From positions 2,454 to 15,486 of the forward strand of contig CAYUTF010000075.1 of NCBI GenBank assembly GCA_964447495.1: a DNA stretch of 13,033 nucleotides, read 5' to 3'. Under the pieces are notes generated by a model, which saw only the letters and a program-made list of their open reading frames with translations, was not told where the DNA came from and did no database searches. This document shows, one piece after another, positions 7,296 through 13,033 of this stretch. Position 1 is the first letter of the stretch. Each line of letters starts with the position of its first letter. Source of the DNA: an uncultured archaeon (lineage in GTDB: Archaea; Asgardarchaeota; Lokiarchaeia; Sigyniarchaeales; SOKP01). Position numbers and translations under genes: made by a program.

Positions 7296-8264
7296 TTATT
7301 TTCCCTCCTTTTCAATTAAATTCACAAAAATCTCTTGCAATGAAGATTCTGGTTGGAAGAAACTTTTTAATCGTATATTTTTCTCAACTAGTATTTTTGG
7401 GATGGCTTCTTGTATTTTTTCTTCGTCAGAACCAAAGAAGTGAATTTTGTCATCCTCTTCATCAATCTTCAGATCTGAGATAAATTCAAACCGTTCAAGT
7501 TCTTTTAGCATAAGAGCATTTGCACTCGTATCCAAAATGAAATAATTATTCTTTACTGAATATAACTTCTTAATGTCTTTTATTGTATCTGTGAGAACGA
7601 TTCTGCCTTTATTTATTATCGTAACCTTCTCACACATTTGCTCAACTTCCGATAATACATGGCTTGACACAAATATACTCATCGTCTCGGATAATTCTAA
7701 TATATGATTGATTATGTTTTGTCTTCCTATAGGATCTAAGTTTGCTGTCGGTTCATCTAATATCAAGATTTTTGGATCATGGATGAAAGATGCGGCTAAT
7801 CCGATTTTTTGCTTCATCCCTCCCGAGTATTTCTCAATAATACGGTCTTTGGCATCCTCTAGATCAAAATAATTTAATAATTCGAGTGTTTTACGTTTTG
7901 CTTCCTTTTTAGAAATACCATTTAATTGCGCTTGATACACCAGATATTCCATTCCTGTCATATTTTTATAAAAGGCGGGATCTTGGGGCAAATACCCTAT
8001 TAACTTTTTAAGTTCTGTCGAACCTGCTTTCATCCCTCTTATTTTTGCTGAACCTTCTGAAATAGAAATCGCTCCAATTAGCATATTAATTGTAGACGTT
8101 TTTCCGGCGCCATTTGGACCTAGAAAACCATGAATTCCTGGTTCCATTTGAATATTAATTCTATCAACCGCTCTAAAACCAGTTTTTCTTCTTCCATATA
8201 TCTTTGTTAGATTATTTGTCCAAATTTCATATTGATCTTCGGACTTAAGTTTATCAGAGAGCAT
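7296..8264 (-). CDS. ABC-2 type transporter ATP-binding protein
   Basis: Walker A GPNGAGKT, Q-loop YLPQ, signature YSGGMKQ, Walker B LILDEPT, H-loop SSH. Confidence 0.96.
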   Translation of the reverse strand: MLSDKLKSEDQYEIWTNNLTKIYGRRKTGFRAVDRINIQMEPGIHGFLGPNGAGKTSTINMLIGAISISEGSAKIRGMKAGSTELKKLIGYLPQDPAFYKNMTGMEYLVYQAQLNGISKKEAKRKTLELLNYFDLEDAKDRIIEKYSGGMKQKIGLAASFIHDPKILILDEPTANLDPIGRQNIINHILELSETMSIFVSSHVLSEVEQMCEKVTIINKGRIVLTDTIKDIKKLYSVKNNYFILDTSANALMLKELERFEFISDLKIDEEDDKIHFFGSDEEKIQEAIPKILVEKNIRLKSFFQPESSLQEIFVNLIEKEGK

Positions 8265-8427
8265 AAGTAAACAAGATATATTTTAATGTCCACTTTTTAA
8301 TTGGATTTAAAATCAAAGAGGACTGAATCCTTTAAAAACATTTCTTAACGTATGAATAACCATCTAAATTAGTAGACAAATTTCTATAAACTTTAAAATT
8401 ATTTCCCCAAAATTTATAACTTTAGTT

Positions 8428-8468
8428 AAAAGTTTTTATATGTTAAATCAGCAATAAAAATATGGTGA
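8428..8468 (+). promoter_or_regulatory. Candidate BRE/TATA and RBS for mscS(-corA)
   Basis: AAAAG followed by TTTTTATA (8433-8440); GGTGA at 8464-8468, 6 nt before ATG 8475. Confidence 0.45.
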
Positions 8469-8474
8469 CTATTT

Positions 8475-9287
8475 ATGATATTACAAACAATACTAGATGA
8501 TATTATTTCATGGTTTTTCACTAATCTTCCAAATTTAATAATTGTAGTCTTAGTTATTATTGTTGGATGGGTTATCTATAAAGTAATTAAAAATCAAATT
8601 AATCGATTGAAAAATAAACAGCGCCTGGAAGAGTCTACAGCTAAAAATATACTACGTATCGTAAAAATCCTTATAGCTTTAATAATTACAAGCTCGATAT
8701 TGATTCAATTTGTTGAAGCTATTGGCTTAATCACATCTTTATTTACTCTTATGGGGGGGACCATTATTGGATTTGCTGCTATAAATACCATAGGAAACGT
8801 TATTGCGGGATTTATTGTTATGGTCAGCAGACCTTTTACATCCGGAGATTATATTATTCATAATGGTGTTGTTTCAAGAGTTATAGAAATTAAATTAATA
8901 TTTACAGTGTTAGTGTCTCGAGATAGAGTAAAAATTTCAGTTCCGAATCAAAAACTTTTAGCTGAGGATATTCAGAATCTTGGAAAAAAAGATACGATAC
9001 GAAGACGTTTAATAATCACTGCGGATTATCAAGAAGAGAGAAAAAAAGTAGAGAACGCATTGCTAGAGAGTGCAACTCACGTTCCGTCCATTTTGGTGAA
9101 TCCGAAATCATTTGTAGCAATCAGCAACTTTTTAAACTTCGCAGTTGAATATACACTATTTTTTTTTGTTAATGATATTAGAAATCTTCCACAAATTGAA
9201 GCAGAATTACGTTCCAGTGTATTGGATACAATGCATAAATATAACATTGATATTAGCACTCCTACAATTATAAAAAATTTAACTTAA
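8475..9287 (+). CDS. mscS: Small-conductance mechanosensitive channel
   Basis: Three TM helices, then IGFAAINTIGNVIAGFIVMVSRPFTSGDYI, VPNQ and a C-terminal IDISTPT, typical of MscS. Confidence 0.92.
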   Translation: MILQTILDDIISWFFTNLPNLIIVVLVIIVGWVIYKVIKNQINRLKNKQRLEESTAKNILRIVKILIALIITSSILIQFVEAIGLITSLFTLMGGTIIGFAAINTIGNVIAGFIVMVSRPFTSGDYIIHNGVVSRVIEIKLIFTVLVSRDRVKISVPNQKLLAEDIQNLGKKDTIRRRLIITADYQEERKKVENALLESATHVPSILVNPKSFVAISNFLNFAVEYTLFFFVNDIRNLPQIEAELRSSVLDTMHKYNIDISTPTIIKNLT

Positions 9288-9334
9288 AATCTTAATTTTA
9301 TTTAGTATTTTCCAAATTCTTCCAAGGTTTTTTT

Positions 9335-10396
9335 ATGAAGCGCATGAAAAAAAAACTACATAAGGTTGGTTTACCTCCCGGTACCCTAATTTATACTGGT
9401 GAGAAACAGGAAATTGAGACTAAAATATCAATTATAGACTATAATACTACAGAATTTAATAGGGAAGAAGTTAAGAAGATAGATATAAATCTATCTAACA
9501 TCCCTGAATCTAAAATCAGATGGATAAATGTATCTGGACTTACTAATGTTCAACTAATTGAAGATTTAGGGAAACAATTCAATCTTCATCCTCTCGTCTT
9601 AGAGGACATCCTAAATCCCAATCAAAGACCTAAATATGAAGATTTCGGTGAATATCTATTTATTGTAGTGAAACGATTATTTCTCGAAAATACAACAGAA
9701 ATTCTTGAATATGATCAAATCAGTTTTATTCTTGGTGAAAAATATGTGATTTCTTTTCAAGAACAGGATTCTGACATATTTCAATCAATAATTCAAAGAA
9801 TTGAATTTAAAAAAGGTCGAATTACAACAATGGGTCCAGATTATTTAATCTATAGCCTCATTGATGTAATAACGGATAATTACTTTATTGTATTAGAAAC
9901 CATTGGAGAAGTGATTGAGGATGTAGAAGAATCTCTTGTTGCGGACCCTAAACCAGAGACGTTAAAAATCATTTATAATTTAAAGAAAAAAATGATTGAT
10001 ATTCGAAAATTAGTCTGGCCTATGCGAGATATCGTTTATAAACTTCAGCGAGAGGAAACAAAGTTGATAAAAAGTGAGCTTCAAATCTATTTGAGGGATA
10101 TTTATGATCATATCTTCCGTATAACAGATTTATTGGAAAATTATCGCGATATCATCTTTGGAATGCTGGATATGTATCTCTCGAGTATCAGTTATAAAAT
10201 GAATGATATTATGAAGGTACTCACCATCATCTCAACGGTATTTATACCACTATCTTTTCTTGCAGGATTTTATGGAATGAACTTTCAATATATGCCTGAA
10301 TTTGCCAACCCCTCCGCTTATCCAATATTAATAATTATCATGGCCAGTATTGCTCTCCTCATGCTCTATTTCTTTAAAAGAAAGAAATGGTTCTAA
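9335..10396 (+). CDS. corA: Magnesium/cobalt transporter CorA
   Basis: GLPPGTLIYTG, LHPLVLEDILNPNQRPK, YLRDIYDH, two C-terminal TMs with the YGMNF signature and MPE loop, ending KRKKWF. Confidence 0.97.
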   Translation: MKRMKKKLHKVGLPPGTLIYTGEKQEIETKISIIDYNTTEFNREEVKKIDINLSNIPESKIRWINVSGLTNVQLIEDLGKQFNLHPLVLEDILNPNQRPKYEDFGEYLFIVVKRLFLENTTEILEYDQISFILGEKYVISFQEQDSDIFQSIIQRIEFKKGRITTMGPDYLIYSLIDVITDNYFIVLETIGEVIEDVEESLVADPKPETLKIIYNLKKKMIDIRKLVWPMRDIVYKLQREETKLIKSELQIYLRDIYDHIFRITDLLENYRDIIFGMLDMYLSSISYKMNDIMKVLTIISTVFIPLSFLAGFYGMNFQYMPEFANPSAYPILIIIMASIALLMLYFFKRKKWF

Positions 10397-10427
10397 AACA
10401 AATTTCAGGTCGAATAGTATTTTTTAA

Positions 10428-10501
10428 TGGAGCAAGGGGCCAATTGACCCCCACCCAAGAGATTCCAGAAGCAGCGAGGTTGAAGGACCAGGAAAAATGG
10501 C
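10428..10501 (-). ncRNA. Candidate structured non-coding RNA element (unclassified)
   Basis: 38/64 G+C over 10429-10492 versus 5/60 in 10501-10560. On the minus strand, GGGUGGGGGUC-AAUU-GGCCCCUUGCUC folds into an ~11-bp hairpin that relies on G-U pairs. Confidence 0.4.
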
Positions 10502-10568
10502 TATTTTAATACTTGTTATTTTTATTAATTCTTACTTTTTAAAAATATTAAAAAAATTATTATTAGTT

Positions 10569-10649
10569 TTATATTCTGATTCTATATCCGTTATGATAAC
10601 TGTTGATGATTATAATTTCTTTTTTCTCAATTCCGCTTTTTTTGTCCAT
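10569..10649 (-). CDS. Unannotated 26-aa microprotein
   Basis: AGGAGGTG (10664-10657) 7 nt upstream of ATG; MDKKSGIEKKEIIIINSYHNGYRIRI*; followed by a U-rich tract on the same strand. Confidence 0.55.
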   Translation of the reverse strand: MDKKSGIEKKEIIIINSYHNGYRIRI

Positions 10650-10747
10650 CTCTTTACACCTCCTATTCATTTATTTTCCATTACTTCCGCTTTATGATAT
10701 TTTATATCTTGAATGACTCTTTTTTACCGTAATAAATTGAAAAAAGT

Positions 10748-11014
10748 TTAGTAAACACCATAGCTCTTAACATTTATTCCTTGTTTTAGCTTGTTGATTG
10801 AAATAGCTTCTTCTAAATATTTCGCATTTTTTTTAGCTTTTTTCATTAATTTTAGAAGTTCCTTTTTGAACTTTTTATCCACTGAAATAAATTTTGCCTT
10901 ATCGCCTTTTATTATTTCAATTTCATCTTTTATCGCAGGTAAGTTTTCTAAAATTAACTCCATAAGAGAATCCTCTTTGGAGGCAGGAAATTTTACCAAT
11001 ACTTCTTGGGTCAT
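10748..11014 (-). CDS. Hypothetical protein (88 aa, Lys-rich C-terminal half)
   Basis: ATG preceded by AAGTGAT; Lys/Glu/Ile composition like the other genes in this window; no family recognised. Confidence 0.7.
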   Translation of the reverse strand: MTQEVLVKFPASKEDSLMELILENLPAIKDEIEIIKGDKAKFISVDKKFKKELLKLMKKAKKNAKYLEEAISINKLKQGINVKSYGVY

Positions 11015-11032
11015 ACTTTTTTATCACTTCTC

Positions 11033-11057
11033 TTTTTTTTTTTTTTACTTTTTTTTT
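11033..11057. repeat. Homopolymer tracts T14-AC-T9
   Basis: Counted directly: T at 11033-11046 and 11049-11057, immediately upstream of the RBS of the 88-aa gene. Confidence 0.9.
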
Positions 11058-11194
11058 GTTAATTTTAGTAAGGTTTTTTCTTCATAAATAGGTTTGTGCT
11101 TCGGACTTCATATGGAGTTTATACTTTGTTCGGAAGTGTAAAGCTTAAATAATGAAATGAACTATTATAGTATAAGCAACTAAAAATGTGATGT

Positions 11195-13033
11195 ATGATG
11201 AGTAGTTCAAAAAATTTGGTATATCCTCCCCAGAATATAATAGAACCCCCTATGGGATTAACTCCCAATTTTAAATATATTATTCTTTGGATGCTAAATA
11301 ATAATGAATATTGTGAATGGTCAGATTTCACTGCTGAAGTGGATGAATTAATCATATCTGGCAAAATTTTGCCAGGATCAAACCTATCAGGTAAATTTAT
11401 TTCAGATTCAACCTTATCTGGTAAATTAAAAAGGCTAATTAGCAAAGGTTATATTGAAAAACCTGAAAGAAATCGTTATCAAATAACTCTAGTGGGTAAA
11501 GAAAAATTTAGAGAATTAACTCTTTATAAAGATTCAGGGAAAAGAAAAATAAGATATCCCCCAAAGGTCATATCCGAAGAGAGAAATTATGCAGATATTA
11601 TTCTGTGGATGCTGTATAATAATGCCTATTGTAGATGGTCTGATTTTCTTGAAGAGGTAAAATTTAAGAATTATACGTTTAAAATTAATCAATCCTCCCT
11701 ATCAAAAAATAAAGAGACCTTGATGGATAAAGGATTAATAATAAACGAAAATAAAGAATATCGGATTACATCTAAAGGCAAAGCAGAATATTTTCAGATT
11801 ATTAAGCATTATGACTTAGATCGGCAGTCAATTTTAGAAGAAGAGACAAAAAGAATAGAAGAGATTACCGAGAAAACAAGAAAATTCTTTAAGAAATATG
11901 AAATTGAAGATGATAACTTAAAGTTTCGCTTTTTAAACTATATTCTCAAGTTAGATTACGATAAAGTCCAAAATATGATTCCTCAGAGAGAGGAATTCAA
12001 TAAGATATTACTTTATATTGCTTATAATCATCCAAACCAGTACCCAAATTATTTAGCATTTGATGAATTCTCGTTAATATATAAAATTAAGAAAACAACC
12101 TTAGAATTTTTCATTGAAAAGATCACTTCCGCTGAGAAAATAACTAAAGACAGTTTATTTCCTATAAAATTTTTTAAATTAAGCGTTGACGAGAATAAAA
12201 CGTATTATTTTCAAGAAGGTGAGAAAATAGAAAAAATTTTAAGGACTGTTGTAAAGGACGTTATTACAAAGGATGCATATTTAAATAGGTTTTATAAGAG
12301 CGAGAGAGAGAAAGATTTCAATTTAGGCGTCAATAAAATACTTGATGAAATTCTTGAAGATATATGTGGTTATATATTTAATGAAAAACTTATAATCTCA
12401 CTTCGCCTATTTTTACCAGAATATATAAAATATTTAGCTTATAAGATAGAATCAGAGAAAACTTTAAAAAATTCTACGGATAAATTAGAAGGTGTAAAAT
12501 GGTATGGTGTATCAAATGCCTTTCAAGCTTTCAATGCCTCGCGGATATATGCCAACAATGGCAAGGATGAGGTATATTATAATTTAGATAGCGCTATTTT
12601 TTCAACATTAGAACCATATTATCTTTCAAAAATTAACTTTATAAACTCACATTACTTCAAAGAAAAATATTTTTCTTCAAAAAATCTACCTACGATAAAT
12701 AAAGTAATTGAATTACTCCAAAAGGGAGATCAAAAAGATATTTTAAAAGCTCGAGAATACAGAGACAGGATTCAAAATACTGTTAAAGAACTTGAGCTTC
12801 TAATAATAGATGATCTCATTGAGAGTATAGATTTGAATCTTGAAAAGTCCATTGAACTTACATCGGAAATTATCAAGAAATATTTCAATCTAAGTGTTGG
12901 ATATTTATTACAATCACTAAGTTTCTTTAAGAAAGCAGATTTTACGAATGCACTTGATATAATAAATAAGGGTTTGGGAATTTCAAATGATTTTATGTTA
13001 ATATGTCAGAAAGCACAATTATTAATAGAGAAG
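11195..13033 (+). CDS. Large tandem winged-helix / TPR protein, 3' end truncated by window edge (at least 613 aa)
   Basis: Not in ORF track (no stop within window). Frame is open from ATG 11195 (or 11198) to the end. Two repeats of YPP...IILWMLxNNxYCxWSDF...S(T/S)LS...LxxKG(Y/L)I...Y(Q/R)ITxxGK; TPR-like helices at the end (GYLLQSLSFFKKADFTNALDIINKGL). Confidence 0.85.
   Translation, partial: MMSSSKNLVYPPQNIIEPPMGLTPNFKYIILWMLNNNEYCEWSDFTAEVDELIISGKILPGSNLSGKFISDSTLSGKLKRLISKGYIEKPERNRYQITLVGKEKFRELTLYKDSGKRKIRYPPKVISEERNYADIILWMLYNNAYCRWSDFLEEVKFKNYTFKINQSSLSKNKETLMDKGLIINENKEYRITSKGKAEYFQIIKHYDLDRQSILEEETKRIEEITEKTRKFFKKYEIEDDNLKFRFLNYILKLDYDKVQNMIPQREEFNKILLYIAYNHPNQYPNYLAFDEFSLIYKIKKTTLEFFIEKITSAEKITKDSLFPIKFFKLSVDENKTYYFQEGEKIEKILRTVVKDVITKDAYLNRFYKSEREKDFNLGVNKILDEILEDICGYIFNEKLIISLRLFLPEYIKYLAYKIESEKTLKNSTDKLEGVKWYGVSNAFQAFNASRIYANNGKDEVYYNLDSAIFSTLEPYYLSKINFINSHYFKEKYFSSKNLPTINKVIELLQKGDQKDILKAREYRDRIQNTVKELELLIIDDLIESIDLNLEKSIELTSEIIKKYFNLSVGYLLQSLSFFKKADFTNALDIINKGLGISNDFMLICQKAQLLIEK
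11354..11429 (+). repeat. Diverged 30-bp in-frame tandem repeat (about 2.5 units)
   Basis: ATATCTGGCAAAATT.. (11354), CTATCAGGTAAATTT.. (11384), TTATCTGGTAAATTA (11414), encoding ISGKILPGSN / LSGKFISDST / LSGKL. Confidence 0.75.

Noticed and set aside
6826-7443. Two plus-strand ORFs (96 and 100 aa)
   Set aside because: Antisense shadows of the ABC permease and ATPase.
9077-9259. 60-aa minus-strand ORF
   Set aside because: Antisense shadow within mscS.
10428-10501. tRNA (including tRNA-Sec, given CUUCAA) or HDV-like ribozyme interpretation of the GC island
   Set aside because: No 5' strand complementary to the would-be acceptor arm, no TTCRA T-loop, and no anticodon stem around UUCA. The CCUCGCU resemblance to HDV L3 lacks a proper P3, P1 and J4/2.
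10444-10509. 21-codon plus-strand ORF (TTG, MTPTQEIPEAARLKDQEKWLF)
   Set aside because: Start codon is buried in a hairpin, RBS spacing is poor and base composition is unlike local genes; not excluded but unsupported.
10497-10697. 66-aa hydrophobic plus-strand ORF
   Set aside because: Hydrophobicity follows from T-rich sequence; it is antisense to the better-supported SD-led 26-aa ORF.
10791-11087. 98-aa plus-strand ORF
   Set aside because: Antisense shadow of the 88-aa gene; poly-Phe arises from the T tracts.
11119-11445. 108-aa minus-strand ORF
   Set aside because: Antisense to the long wHTH-TPR frame.
1-13033. CRISPR array, transposase, integrase or defence system
   Set aside because: No regularly spaced repeats with unique spacers and no recognisable mobile-element genes. 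The sirtuin has the Zn-binding CobB-type architecture, not a defence-associated SIR2 fusion.

Overview
Very AT-rich archaeal-type window, most consistent with an Asgard (Lokiarchaeia-like) genome. The basis is a stand-alone longin-like gene, a tandem winged-helix/TPR protein, GGTGA/GAGGT-type ribosome-binding sites and frequent TTG starts. The left part holds a CooC-type nickel-insertion ATPase (running off the left edge) divergent from a thioredoxin, a disrupted 2[4Fe-4S] ferredoxin (in-frame TAA plus a 1-nt frameshift) and a TsaA/TrmO-family protein. That protein appears to carry an unannotated His-motif N-terminal domain opening at an ATA codon. The middle holds a small Cys protein, a sirtuin, an MBL-fold hydrolase, a DsrE-like protein, a longin-like protein, an unannotated 57-aa four-Cys protein, an ABC-2 exporter pair, MscS and CorA. 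The right part holds a GC-rich structured island (candidate ncRNA), an unannotated 26-aa ORF with a perfect Shine-Dalgarno, an 88-aa hypothetical and a large tandem-wHTH/TPR protein running off the right edge. No CRISPR array, rRNA, canonical tRNA or transposase was seen. All assignments come from motif reading by eye; no searches were run.
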